Assembly (NCBI RefSeq): GCF_018350175.1
Contig: NC_058368.1
Location: forward strand, 207,330,001-207,394,000
DNA: 64,000 nucleotides
Direction: 5' to 3'
Source of the DNA: Felis catus
Lineage: Eukaryota
Part shown: positions 50,941 to 63,479 of the stretch, one piece after another
Numbering within the stretch: position 1 is the stretch's first letter
How the letters are laid out: every line of letters begins with the position of its first letter
Notes under the pieces: model-generated
Seen by the model: only the letters and a program-made list of their open reading frames with translations
What the model was told of the DNA's origin: nothing
Databases searched by the model: none
Translations under genes and position numbers: made by a program

Positions 50941-52059
50941 TCTTATCTTGTTATTAAATCTCTTTTGCCCCAGTATCATGTAGATTACATAGCACAGCAC
51001 TCATTCACTCATTAAGTTTCTCCAAGTAAAATAGGTTCTAAAATTACAATCTTTATCATTATCATTTAACTAGGTGTTTGACTATTTCTATGCATATTTT
51101 TTCCGTGTTGGTATGAGTGACAATACCAAGTGTGAGAGAGTACTACGTTACTGTTCAGTGGTAACCTAACTATTTGGGAAAAATTCTTACTGAGGATTGA
51201 GAAATGATTAGCACTTGATGTAATTGACAAAACCGCCATGTCAAAGTGAATGAAATCTGACATTCCTAAATGCTTTCGTGGCTATAAAACTTCTAAATTT
51301 ACATAAGGCCCATCAACCAGTCCATCAGCTAGTTGACACATCCCTGAACCCGGACTCGAGGGTTAACTGAAACAATGTAAAGCAATGTAATTCTTATTGA
51401 TGTTCTTGTTACAGAGATGAGATTTTTGTGTCTGAAAAAATCAAAAAGCAATACAAAATTGAGGGTATTATGGAAGGTCAGGAAGGAGTGAAAGGGATAT
51501 AGAATAAATATCAGGAAACATTTATGAACAGTAAATGCTATTAGAATGGGGTCATTACAATCTCCTTCCCCAAGGGCCCTTAACGAATGTGGATTTAGAT
51601 GTAATCCTGTTTTAGCTCAATAATTCAATGCATACCTTGGCAGCAAAGGGAGTGGATTTGATTATCTTGTTAAGGTTCTTTTGGTCCTCCGATGCTATAA
51701 TTCTGAGAGAAACTTCTGGTATTCCTGAATCTCATGTTTCTCAATTAAAAATAGAAGAATGGTAATGCTAAACTGTGTCACATTGCTCTGAGGTCTTAGT
51801 GCTAAAGGTATTATAAACAGCATGGATACAATGTATTTATTACTAACTGGAGAAATTGGTGATTTGAAGAAAACGGAGGCACTCTGTAATTTTTAGATGT
51901 TAAGTCTTTCTTAGCATTTTCTAATTTTAGAAACGTTTACCTGTAAACAAAAACATCCTATAATATTTTAGAAACATGTTATAGCTATTTCAGTAAAGTT
52001 TTCCTTAAAGAAGAATGTTGGCTAAGGAAACAAAAACTAAACTCTTAAGACTGAACCAA

Positions 52060-52132
52060 CAGGTATTTATTTTTAAAAGTGCATAATCATCTCTCAGGTA
52101 TTTATTTTTAAAAGTGCATAATCATCTCTCAG
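52060..52132. repeat. Perfect 35-bp tandem duplication
   Basis: caggtatttatttttaaaagtgcataatcatctct twice, then cag. Confidence 0.95.
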
Positions 52133-52501
52133 TAAAACGTAACAGTGGAGATGCTACCCTCCCTGCCAAGGTAGAGAATCCACAAGAAATGTGCTACTGA
52201 CTTAATGAATAATCCAGCTTTGATTTCAAGTGACACTGTGCATAAACTTAAAAAATTATTAAAGTGGTCCTTTATCTTTCTACTATGACCTTATAGAGAA
52301 AATTGTTTGCCCCTTATATTCATTTGAAAATCATTTACTGAGCACGTGATATATGCCCAAAGCTGTGTTGGATATGACCTAAAGAGAGATAATAAAAAAT
52401 AAACAAATCAGAAACTGTGGGATAATATGCATTGTGGTGAAAACAGAACGATTGCATAGGACTTGTCTGGGCAAGGGGTCCACTTTAAGTTGAGAAATAG
52501 G

Positions 52502-53008
52502 ACTGTCCTCCATCTGATTCCATTCCGATTAATTTCTCCTCAGTGTCCTGCTCTGCTCTACACCACCGTGGGGCTGACCTTGGCAGGTCACAATCCACAG
52601 GCTTTTACGTTAGTTAACTTATGGCTGGGCAGCTTAATCAACGAAATCACTGACCTGAGATTGGAACACTGGAAGAGGGGAGACATCAGAGCGTTTCTCC
52701 CTTCTTTCCCTGCGCTGGGTGATGTCTTCAGTGGAAGTTCCATCTCCTCCCTGGCTCTTACCAGTCATTCCCGATGTGGTTCTAGCTTATGCTGTGGTCC
52801 CAGGCTTCAGTGAACCTACCTTCTCTTTTTGTCCCTCCAGCCTAAGGCTGGTTGTGGCTTTCTGCAGTTGCGAATCTCTGGGTTATTTTGCTGTCTCTTT
52901 TTTGGCTTCTCAGCAATTCCACCACATAGGTAGCCAGTACTATATTGCTAAATTTCCTGTTTTAAATACTTAGGAGTGGTTTCATTTTCCTGGGTGAACT
53001 CCGACTGT
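52502..53008 (+). mobile_element. ERVL solo LTR (LTR33-like)
   Basis: ggggctgacc, tttgtccctccagcctaagg, taaatttcctgttttaaatacttaggagtggtttc match recalled LTR33 motifs. Confidence 0.75.
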
Positions 53009-53064
53009 GCTAAGGTATCAGATAAGGCTAAACCGAAGAAGTTAGATTTAAAATAGAAACTGGA

Positions 53065-53190
53065 GGGGCATCTGGGTGGCTCAACTGGTTAAGCATCTGA
53101 CTCGGTTTTGGTTCAGGTCGTGATCTCACAGCTCATGAGTTCAAGCCCTGCATCTGGCCCTGTGCTGGCATCATGGAGCCTGCTTGGGAT

Positions 53191-53229
<39 letters not shown>

Positions 53230-53290
53230 GTCCCTCTCCTGCTTGCACTGTCTCTGTCTCTCTCAAAATAAATAAATAGGCTTAAGTTTA

Positions 53291-53322
<32 letters not shown>

Positions 53323-53323
53323 G
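53065..53323 (+). mobile_element. CanSINE with a (TAA)n tail
   Basis: TSD atag(a/t)aactggag (53053-53065, 53324-53336). Confidence 0.95.
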
Positions 53324-55732
53324 ATAGTAACTGGAGAACTAAAAAGACTCTAGTCATCTCTTGCTCTAGAAGGAAGTCTAGGCTGATAAACATGAAAGTC
53401 CAGAAAGCACAAAAAACCTTGGCCTCTTCAAGGAGGATAAAGTAAGCCAGTGTGGCTGTACCATCATGTGAGAATTTAGTGATCAGCTAAAGCCAGAGAA
53501 GTAAATAGATACAAGATCACATATTTTGCTATTCTAAGTGTGAGAAAGATGGACAGACATGCTCTGATTTGAATTTTTCAAAGATTACTCTGATTACCTT
53601 GTGGATAATGCATTCAGTGTTGGAAGGGAAGATAGTCCAGAATAGAAGCCAAGAGGCTGAAGAAAAGAAGGCAGGTTTACAGAGTTTTATAGACAGAGTT
53701 GACCCAGCTCACTAGCGGTATCAACATCAAGGACAAGAGAAAGTTAACTAAGGATGACTTGGTTAAATTTTGATCTGAACAACCAAGTGGATGCTGGCAT
53801 TCTCAGCTGAGAGAAAGAATGAGGAAGGAACAGGTTGAGAGAAGGGAAAGAAAGAGAATGAAGAATTCTGTTTTGGTCCTGTTAGATTGAACTGCCTCTT
53901 AGACCTTCAAGCAGAGATGTGTAAGAGGCAGTAGGTCTATGAGTCTTGAGTTAAGGGGAGAGATTAGAGCTGGAGATATAAGTTTAAGAATTGCTGGCAT
54001 ATGAAATGGTTTTAAAACCACAGATCTGGATAACACTGCCTAAGACAAGAGTGAAATTGGAAACAATTTATCACAACCCATCAGTGATTGTTCTAAACAC
54101 AGGACTTTGAAGGAAAAAGTCATTAGACAAAACTATTTAAAAAATAGAATTTCTAAAGAGTAAGTAGAAATGTTTTGTATGTGTGTTAAAAAAGAATCCG
54201 AGAACCTGAAGCCCAGCTCTGCACAATTAATTTGATTAATGTAGACAGCTTTTCAAATAATATGGGACACATAACAGATGCCTGAGTGGTCTTTGCCATT
54301 TACATGGTCTAAGTGAAACAGAGGCTAATTAGGAACTTCTTCTTTCAAAGACATAAAATTTCCCAGGAAATCAATCGTAGTTGATGCATTGTCTGAAATG
54401 GGTACACAAATATCAACTGACCCTGAATATTACAAAGCTTTACCAATTTATCTTTCATTTCTGCCATCCCTACCAGGGCAAGTAATGCATCTTTCAGACA
54501 CTCTTGAGTATATACTGAGAAATCTTCAGCTTCTTATCTGGACCACCTTCCCCCTTCTGAGCAGCCCTTCCCAACCCCTTCAAATGTGTCCTGACTGCCA
54601 TTCCCCAAGTAGCAGCTTGTCCTATTACCTGGAAATCCTACAATGGCTTCTTACTCCTTCCTCATTATGTCTATGGCTCTAGTCCTCCACAAGAGCATCC
54701 ACATGGCCTTACCTGAAATCCCAACCTCTCCAGCATCTTCTAAACATTACTAGCTGCTTATGTCAATAGGATACTAGATGGCTTCGTATAAAATAGGAGT
54801 GCTGCACTTTGTTCAAAATGTATTTTTAAACATTCACGGAATAAAATATGTAGCCTCTGCATAAAGACTAAAGTTTAGTTTAAAGATTTAGAATTATTAG
54901 AGAGGGTGCATGGCGTCTTGAGTACTGAGTATAGAGAAAGGGAAAGTAAACTGTATGAGTCAGTCATGTGTTCACTTGCTGTGTTTTTCCTCGTGGAAAA
55001 AAAGGCATCTCAGAGTTGGAGGATGGCTTTAGCAATATAGACAGCGGGATTTTTTCCCCCTACTTTTGTAATCATGAGAAGAAAAAGGGAAAAAACAAAG
55101 GCATTCTGAGTGTGGATGGAGAAGCCATAAATATAAGCTTTCCCAAAGATCATAGGAAAACTATTTCCGAAAGAGAAATACAAATGTTGAGAATGGAGAA
55201 GCAGGGGAAAACCATCAAGAGGTCTCAAAATAAACACCAGATAAAAGCAAGGAAATGTTTATACCTCATACACCGCAGCTGGGTACACACAGGTGAGAAG
55301 AAAAGAGAGTGCTGGACAGGACAGTTAAGTGTAGCACGATAAACAAAAAAATAAAACAATTTTATTATTTTCATATTAATTATTCAAGTTATATGCACAC
55401 CCATAATTTTAATTATTACTCTTACGTATACATATATAACTGTAATTGTGGGCAGCAGAATTTCTCTTAAAGAGAGGAGCTATCTCTGTCTAGGAAAATA
55501 CCTTGAAATGCTTCTTTGGGTGGAAAAATGAGCCTCCTGCAAAAACATGATGTATAAAATGGCAGGTTGGTTTTTTTTTAAACATATTAGATAAGCTGTT
55601 CTTCCCAAACAGCTAACAGTTATTCAATGATTGGGGTAAGAAAGAAAAGTAAAGAGGGAAGGAAGTTTAGAGGAAAAAAGAAGGGTTAAAACTCACAGCA
55701 AGCGGCAGGCCTATAGAAGCAGGGCTCCATGA

Positions 55733-56143
55733 CACAGCCCAGGGAATACGGTCCATGGTATTATTTTCTTTTTATTGTTTATTTATTTTTGAGAGAGAGA
55801 GGGAGAGACAGAGAGGGAGAGAGAGAGAGAAAGAGTGCGAGCGGGGGAGGGGCAGGGAGCGAGGGAGACACAGAACCCGAAGCAGGCTCCAGACTCTGAG
55901 CTGTCAGCACGGAGCCCGATGCGGGGGCTTCAACTCTGAAACCATGAGATCATGACCTGAGTGGAAGTCAGACGCTTAACCGACTGAGCCACCCAGGCGC
56001 CCCTAGTCGATAGTATTATAACAGTGTTGTATAGTGACAGATGACAGCTAGCTGGTGGTGAGCACAACATAACTAGAGCTGTGGAGTCACCGTATTGTAC
56101 ACCTGAAATTAATGTAACATTGTGTGTCAACTACACTTCAGTT

Positions 56144-56186
<43 letters not shown>
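55733..56186 (+). mobile_element. Short L1 3' end with a (GAAA)n tail, split by a SINE
   Basis: cagcccagggaatac...tgtacacctgaaattaatgtaacattgtgtgtcaactacacttca. Confidence 0.85.
55765..56003 (-). mobile_element. CanSINE
   Basis: Reverse head gagccacccaggcgcccc, (GA)n, T tail. Confidence 0.96.

Positions 56187-56188
<2 letters not shown>
56144..56188. repeat. (GAAA)n microsatellite
   Basis: Direct read. Confidence 0.95.
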
Positions 56189-56189
<1 letters not shown>

Positions 56190-56301
56190 CAGGGGATCTA
56201 TGAGAGAGCCCGGGGTGGGGACGTTGGGGCTCATTTATGAACAGAAGTTTCAATACTCAATTTAAAGTCATCTGTAATGCTGCAATAGAAATGCCCTGCA
56301 T

Positions 56302-56426
56302 GGGGCGCCTGGGTGGCCCAGCAGGTTGAATGACCCACTCTTGATGATGGTTCAGGTCAGGATCCCATGGCTGGAGGGAAAGAGCCTCGCCCAGCTCTGT
56401 GCTGACATTGCAGAGCCTGCTTGGAA

Positions 56427-56464
<38 letters not shown>

Positions 56465-56500
56465 GCCCATCCTCCCAATAAATAAATAAACGTTTAAAAA
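56302..56500 (+). mobile_element. CanSINE
   Basis: ggggcgcctgggtggc head; TSD core tgccctgcat on both sides. Confidence 0.93.
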
Positions 56501-56703
56501 CTGCCCTGCATTACCCAAAACCTTCAGTGAAGTCGGCGGAGGGTTTTAGAAAATAACAAAGTAACAGGCTTCATTCAAGTTTAGAAAGGCCTGGAGCAGA
56601 CACAAAAGAGCTTTAGTTGATGGCGGTTGCGGGGGAGGGGTAAAAGCCTCTTCCCCCACCACACCACCAATATTGGGAGGAACAATAAGAATAAGGAATG
56701 AGA

Positions 56704-56915
56704 GGGGCGCCTGGGTGTCTCAGTCGGCTAAGCGTCCGACTTCGGCTCAGGTCACGATCTCACTGTCCGTGGGTTCGAGCCCCGCGTCGGCCTCTGTGCT
56801 GACCGCTCAGACCCTGGAGCCTGTTTCAGATTCTGTGTATCCCTCTCTCTGACCCTCCCCCGTTCATGCTCTGTCTCTCTCTGTCTCAAAAATAAATAAA
56901 CATTAAAAAAAAAAA
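56704..56915 (+). mobile_element. Young SINEC_Fc CanSINE
   Basis: 17-bp TSD aagaataaggaatgaga (56687-56703, 56916-56932). Confidence 0.97.
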
Positions 56916-57606
56916 AAGAATAAGGAATGAGAAAAAAAAACGCTTTTTATTTAAATCTTAAAGAGATGACCCCCTTGATCTTTGGATTGCCTAAGCAGTG
57001 ATTAACAATACTTAAATTCATTGGGAGAAATTATTTAATTTCCAATGCAGCTATTTTCATGTCTGGTATTATACCTGCATATTTACAGCTTACAAAAACA
57101 GTAATTCATATCTCTGTTGAAATCCTTATTTTTTAATTAAAGAGTTGCCATCTCTGTAGGAAAAAGAATAAAGCATTGACAGGATTGTGGATGAAATGTT
57201 GGGGGAACTTAGCACGTACATCTTAGGAATTACTTCTTGCTGGCACATTCTTCACCAGGCAGGAATTTTAGCCATAAACAATTACTGATGCCTGTTTCTA
57301 GCTGCACAGACTTTTAAGAATCTTTTTTAAACTGTGACTCTTCTATCCAGATGAAAGATATTCACTGAAATGCAGAAGTCTGTATAAAATCTCAGGGCGT
57401 TATTTACTCCCCTAGAACTGAAAGTACCATATTGGGTGCTATATTGTGTGAGATTTTAAAAACGTGGCAAATGTTGGACCCTGGCGTCTCTGCCTTAAAC
57501 CCTGCTAGTGTTCCCTGATGCTCTTATCAGTTAACCTCTGAGGATTTCAGTATGCTTTCAGTATAAAATGCTCTCAGTAGTTAACTGAAAGCTCCTGGTG
57601 CTTTTT

Positions 57607-57651
57607 ATTTTTTTTATTTTTATGTATTTATTTTTATTTATTTATTTTTTC
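57607..57651 (-). mobile_element. Tail-only retrotransposon insertion
   Basis: T-rich tract between cctggtgcttttt and cccggtgcttttt. Confidence 0.65.
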
Positions 57652-57951
57652 CCCGGTGCTTTTTTTTTAAAAAAAAATCCTTTGCCATTGGTTTCTAGAT
57701 TTCCATTCAAGCATCTCTGTTTGGCATTAATGAAAGTCAGTACCTGAATTCTGATATATTGTTCAGAAAACTGGAATTTATCTTCATTGGCCCGAGAATG
57801 GTGTAACCATGGATAGGTTATTGTTACTTTGGTCATGGATTCTTGGGTCCTACAGCTCAGAGCTCTGCCGCCATAAGCGGAACCTAGAGCCCCTTTGCCT
57901 TTTCCTTATTTGTGCAGTGAGGGAAGTCAACAATTAACTTGAAGATTTCTT

Positions 57952-58140
57952 GGGGCACCTGGTTGAGTGTCTGACTTCGGCTAAGGTCACGATCTCGTTT
58001 GTTGTGGGTTTGAGCCCCACATCAGGGTCTCTGCTGTCGGATCCTCTGTCCCTTTCTCTCTCTCTCTCTCTGCCCCTCTCCACTCACTCTCTCTCTCACT
58101 CTCTCTCTCAGACACAAATATATAAAATATTAAAAAAAAA
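57952..58140 (+). mobile_element. Diverged, internally deleted CanSINE
   Basis: ggggcacctgg...gacttcggctaaggtcacgatctc; CT tract; A tail. Confidence 0.9.
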
Positions 58141-58589
58141 GAGTAGATAAATATGCCTCCTTCTGATTACAACTTTCTGAAGGCAAAATCTGTGCCTATT
58201 CCCTCAGTGGTCTTTATTTTTTATGTACAGTAAAACAGACTCTAGTGACGATAGTCCCAAAACGTTACTCATGAGAAAGGATGTTCAAATTTACTCCTTT
58301 CCAAATGCTGTACATTCTTTCATCACAAATATCACATCTTGGAAAAGTGGAGCAGATGAATGTACAGGTGGTGGTGCAATGAATTATCAGGATGAGTGTT
58401 TCCATGAAAACACATTCCCTACCTTCTCTGTATTATGGCAGCCGCTGCTGAGGTTGTTCTCCAGCAAGCCAAGTATCATGATGTGAGGACTCAGGGGATT
58501 CGGTGCTGAGCTTGCCAGAAACTAAAGCTTTAGAGCTAATAAATAGGTCATCTTCAGTCCTATGAAATGTGAAGCAGGATCTTGAGTGC

Positions 58590-58740
58590 CTTTTACTAGA
58601 TGATATAACCTGTCCTCTATTAATGGGCGTTTAGACTGATTCCAATCTTGATAGTATAGATAATGCCACCATGGATACTTCCGGATAAATGTCTTGGTGA
58701 ATACATTTGTATGTGTATAGGATATGCATATGACCTTCAT
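58590..58740 (-). mobile_element. Old L1 fragment
   Basis: aatgggcgtttagactgattccaatcttg...ataatgccaccatgga. Confidence 0.55.
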
Positions 58741-59761
58741 TTGGTAGCCATATTATCAAGGTGTATGAGGACTTTTACACAAGTGATTAGCCAAAAGTAG
58801 TTGGGCTACATATGAGTTGCAACCAATGCCCCTCACCATTCTTTTTGTCAGTAGAATGTCCTTGAAAGTTGCAACTGAATAGTAAGAGAAAGCCAGGTTG
58901 ATTTGAATATTTTAATATCTACAAGAGTTATTTTTGGAAGCATCTTTAAAGAATGCAGCTTTCTATCAACTTATACTGCCTATGGAGTTAGATTATACAT
59001 ACATATATACAGCTTCTGTCTTAAAACTCAAAAAAGGAAAAAAAAAAGCCAAATCTCTCAGATAATCAATTAGATAGAAGATATGAGGTCCTTATAACAG
59101 ACTGTGGACCTCCATGACACAAAGCAAGAGGACTAAAATACCAGCTTTCAAATTATGAAGTCCCTGTTGTAAACTATCAGAATGTTCTATCAGGATTTAG
59201 TGACTCTCTTGACTTAAATTTCTGTTGTTATGTAACTTCAAGCAAGCTAATTAGAAATGAAACTCCAAAAATGATATTAGATGACATAATTCCTTTAGGA
59301 GATTGCATTTGTCAACCCTAGAAAGCTTTAAAATTAAGTATAGAAGTGTTTAAGAGAATCAAAACAATCTTACTAATGCTTTTGGCTAGGTGATATATCT
59401 GTGTTTGGTAATTATAAAATACTACTAATGTTTAAGGGAACTTGAGATATTAAAATGAGAGACCAGGTAATTCCAATTTAAAATGCATAATGAAATAGTT
59501 GATACAGACTTGCAATCTGTAACTCACACACAATGTTTATGAAAGCTTTGAATATGAAACAGGGTTAAACATCAGTATGTTTCTGTGGTTTTTTTTTTAA
59601 GATTTTAAAGACTCTTACATGGGAAATTGTTCAGACAGATAATTGACGTACTTAAAAAGGAAGCTGAGCACATTATATTAACAAAATTAGCTCAAAATAT
59701 ATGCAGAAATTTAGTCAACTAAGTCTATAAATGTGATCATACACATTTCAAAATTCTCCTA

Positions 59762-59962
59762 GGGGTGCCAGGGGCTCAGTCAGTTAAGTGTCCCACTCTT
59801 GGTTTCAGCTCAGGTCATGATCTCACAGTTCACGAGTTCCATTCCAGCCTGCAGTCGGGCTCTGCACTGGCAATGTGGAACCTGCTTAGGATTCTCTCTC
59901 CCCTCTCTCTCTCTGCTCCTCACCCATTCTCTCTCTCAAAAATAAATAAATAAACATTATTT
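59762..59962 (+). mobile_element. CanSINE
   Basis: Head ggggtgccaggggctcagtcagttaag; TSD aaaattc(t/c)ccta. Confidence 0.93.
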
Positions 59963-60180
59963 TTAAAATTCCCCTAAAAATGGTTACTAAAATTATCTAG
60001 CTTTACAAATAGAAAAAAAAAAAAAAAAACAATTGGAAACTGAATTTAAAAAAACTTAAGAAGTACAGATTTGGATTTTTAATTTTAACAAATTGAATGC
60101 TAAATTTTTAAGCAAAAGCAAACCTCTGATTAGTCTCTTCCATATACAAAAGCCACTTTAGGACAAAAGCATTCACATTT

Positions 60181-60390
60181 ATTTTATTTTTTTGAGTTTT
60201 TTTTTTTTTTTTTTTTTTTTTTTGAGAGAGAGAGAGCACAAGCAGGGGAGGGGCAGAGAGAGAGAGGGAGAGAGAGAATCCTAAGCAGGCTCCGCACTGT
60301 CAGTACAGATCTCACAAACCGTGAGATCATGATGACCTGAGCCGAAATCCGGAACTAGATGCTCAACCGACTAAGCCACCCAGGCGCCCC
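60181..60390 (-). mobile_element. CanSINE with internal deletion
   Basis: Reverse head ccacccaggcgcccc; TSD cattcac(a/g)ttt. Confidence 0.93.
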
Positions 60391-60462
60391 CAAACATTCA
60401 CGTTTTAGAATTGCTAACTCGATAACCCCCTCTGACACCAATTCATTAGGGCTAAGAAATAA

Positions 60463-60664
60463 ATTTTTTTAAGTTTATTTATTTATTTTGGGAGAGACAG
60501 GGAGTACAAGTGGGGGAGGGGCAGAGAGAGGAAGAGAGAGAGAATCCTAAGTAGGCTTTACAGCCAGCACAGAGCCCAACTCGGGGCTTGATCCCACCAC
60601 CTGTGAGATCATGACCTGAGCCAAAATCAAGAGTCAGACACAACTAACTGATCCACCCAGGCAC
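60463..60664 (-). mobile_element. CanSINE
   Basis: TSD ctaagaaataaa on both sides. Confidence 0.93.
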
Positions 60665-60689
60665 TAAGAAATAAAAATTTTAAAAGGAG

Positions 60690-61355
60690 GTCCTACACAT
60701 AAATAAGAACAACCCATTAGGAAAATTGGCTAATTTCTAAGGAAATGAATACAAACAACCAAAAAAAAAAAAAATGAGAACATATGTAACCTCACTCTCA
60801 GTTAAAGATAGGGGAAAAATCAAAAGTGTGGTCCCATACAATGTTGGTAACAGCTCTGAGATACAGGAATTCCCAGTGAAAAGGTAAACTAGAGCTACTG
60901 TTTTGGAAGACAAGTTGTCAAAAGTATCATGTTTTAAAATGCACATATCCTTGGACTTGATATTCCACTACCAGGAACTTATCCTGTATACATATTTATG
61001 TGTTCACAAAGGCATTCATCCAAGAATGTCCATTGCAGTATTGTTCATATTTTAAAAAATTGGAATGGCCATCAGTAGAGGACAGGTTAAATATGTTATA
61101 AAATCCATGCAGTGGCTTAGCATACATCCATTCAAAACAACAAAGTAGTTCTTTGTGTATTGATATATAAAAAACTTCAGTTATGTTAATTAAAAAATAA
61201 ATAATATAAACCAAGTACAGAGCAGCTGTATGATATGCTCCCAATATCTACTGGAAAGAAAAAGAATACGTGTATGTGTATATATATATGTATATGTGTG
61301 TGTGTGTGTGTGTGTGTTAATGCATATGCAAAGAAAATTTCTGAAAGAATATAAG
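60690..61355 (+). mobile_element. Old L1 (L1ME-like) 3' region
   Basis: acaacccattaggaaaattgg, aacctcactc, attccactaccaggaacttatcct, aagaatgtccattgcagtattgtt. Confidence 0.8.
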
Positions 61356-61362
61356 CCCACTC

Positions 61363-61568
61363 TTTTTATTTATTTGTTTGTTTTGAGAGAGAGAGAGAGA
61401 GAGAGCAAGTGGGGGAGAAGGGTAGAGTGGAAAAGAGACAGAGAGAGAGAATCTTAAGCAGACATCACATTCAGCACAAAGCCTACCATGGGGCTCAATC
61501 CCACAACACTGGGATAGTGACCTGAACTAAAATCAAGAGTCAGATGCTCAACAGAAGGAGCCAGCCCA
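61363..61568 (-). mobile_element. Older CanSINE
   Basis: T tail, (GA)n, gacctgaactaaaatcaagagtcagatgctcaac. Confidence 0.9.
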
Positions 61569-61606
61569 ATAAGGATGCTCTTAAAGGTGATTGACTATAA
61601 GGAAGA

Positions 61607-62058
61607 TGTATTAGTTTCCTGGGGTTGCTGTAGCAAAGTACCATAAACTGAGGGGCTTACAATAACAGAAATTTATTCTCTCACGGTTCTGGAGTTGAGA
61701 AATCAGAAATCAAAGTGTTGGCCAAGCTTATTCCTCCTGAGGGCTGTGAAGGAGAATTGGTTCCATGCCTTTCTCCTAAATTCCAATGAGGGCTGGCATT
61801 CCTTAGTGTTCCTTGGCTTGTAGATGCAGCTCTTCCATCCCTGTCTCTATCTTCACATGACCTGTCTCTAAGTTTTCACATGGCCTTCTTCTTATGAAGA
61901 CAATAGTCGTATTGGGGTATGGCCCATGCAACTCCAGTAAGACCTCATCTTAATTAATTACATCTGCAACAACCTTATTTCCAAATAAGGTCACATTCTG
62001 AAGTTTTGGGGTTATGACTTTAACATAGCCGTTAGGGGAGACAAATCAACTCATAACA
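61607..62058 (-). mobile_element. MaLR solo LTR (MLT1C-like), full length
   Basis: tgtattagtttcct...cagaaatttattctctcacggttctgga...ttatttccaaataaggtcacattctg...cataaca; 5-bp flanks gaaga/gaagg. Confidence 0.9.
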
Positions 62059-62122
62059 GAAGGATATGGCCATCTGAACTTAGAGAAAAAGCTAAAAACT
62101 AGTTAATAAGACTACTAGTTAA

Positions 62123-62329
62123 GGGGTGCGTGGGTGGCTCAGTCAGTTAAGAATCCAACCTTTGATTTTGGCTCAGGTCATGAGTTCACAGTTCATGAGA
62201 TGGAACCCCACATTGGGCTCTGCACTGAGTCTGCTTGGGATTCTCTCCTCTCTCTCTCTGCCCCTCCCCCACTTGCATGGGTGCTCCCTCTCCCTCTCTC
62301 TCTCCCTCAAAGTAAACGAACTTAAAAAA
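62123..62329 (+). mobile_element. CanSINE
   Basis: 18-bp TSD aataagactactagttaa (62105-62122, 62330-62347). Confidence 0.96.
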
Positions 62330-62559
62330 AATAAGACTACTAGTTAAGTGATAAAGGCATGATTAAGTACCAGTATGGTTCTGATCCCTTCTAAGACAAA
62401 CATTTGGACAACAAATACCAGGCTTTGTAAACAGATTGTCCAAATCTCAACATGCAGCATTCAGTTAAATTTAATGATGTTTCCCTCCCCTACTCAGAAG
62501 ACTTCCTTTCTGTTGAAAACAACACGAAGTCAAAACTCAATTTCCCTCAAGTGATATTT

Positions 62560-62790
62560 TTATTTCATGGAGTCTCAGAGACAAAAAGGGCCTTTAGGGA
62601 CCTTTCTGTATACACCTGCAATGCTTCACAGTATCTTCAGCAAGAGGCCAGTCTCTGCCTGAACATCTCTAGGAAGGAAAAACCCAGTGCTCCCTGGAGC
62701 AGTCCTCTCTGTGGCAGCCTTTTCTGGTGGTTAGATTCTGAGCCAAATTCTGCCTCCCTAAAATTTTCACCATACTGTCTTTGGTCAACC
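62560..62790 (-). mobile_element. CR1/L3-like 3' remnant
   Basis: ccagtctctgcctgaacatctct...tgagccaaattctgcctccct resembles reverse L3 sequence. Confidence 0.55.
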
Positions 62791-63479
62791 ATCTGAGCTT
62801 TGCAAAATTGCATACATATTTTATATTTTAAATTATATATACATAGGTAAATATGTGTAAGTATGTATTTTATAAAATGTTCTAAAAAATATTTTTAAAT
62901 ATATGAAAAATATATTTACATTCATTTAAGTTTCTAAAACCTCTGGGGACATCTTTGGGCTCCGTTCCATGTCTTACCTGAGTGAAAATTATAACCCAAT
63001 GCCATAGAGGCAAGTAGCAAAAATTAAAATTATAGAATTAATAATTAGGTCCAGGAGAAGTTGTGCCGCAAGCAGAAGCATTGAGAAATAGCAATCAGCT
63101 ATCTAAAAAATGATTCACTGGCCAGAGTCTCACTGATAATCAATTCTTGCAAATACCTCTGCCGCCAGAAAATGCTCATCGATGTAATTTGACTAACATT
63201 TTTATAAGAAAATACCCAATATAAGTATAATAATTTTCTTTGAAAATTCAACTCATATTTCCTGGATGTTCCTAAAGAGATCTATTCTCCTGGGGAGAAT
63301 GGGAAAAACAAAAAAAGCAACTTCAGGTGCACAAAGAAGAGCTGAAAGCTTTGAAAATATTAAGGGGGATTTTGTGGGAATTTTGCCCAAGACATCTCTG
63401 AGAAAACTTACACACTTCAGGCAGCTTGGACAAGGCATGAGTTCTGCATATGAAAGGGTTCCATGAAATGGTGACAAAT

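Larger units (their letters stand above)
52318..54060 (-). mobile_element. L2 interrupted by an LTR and a SINE
   Basis: catttactgagcac at the left; gaattctgttttgg...gagattagagctggagatataagttt at the right. Confidence 0.75.

Noticed and set aside
62452..62796. 114-aa ATG ORF
   Set aside because: Largely overlaps an antisense CR1/L3-like remnant; no known protein similarity
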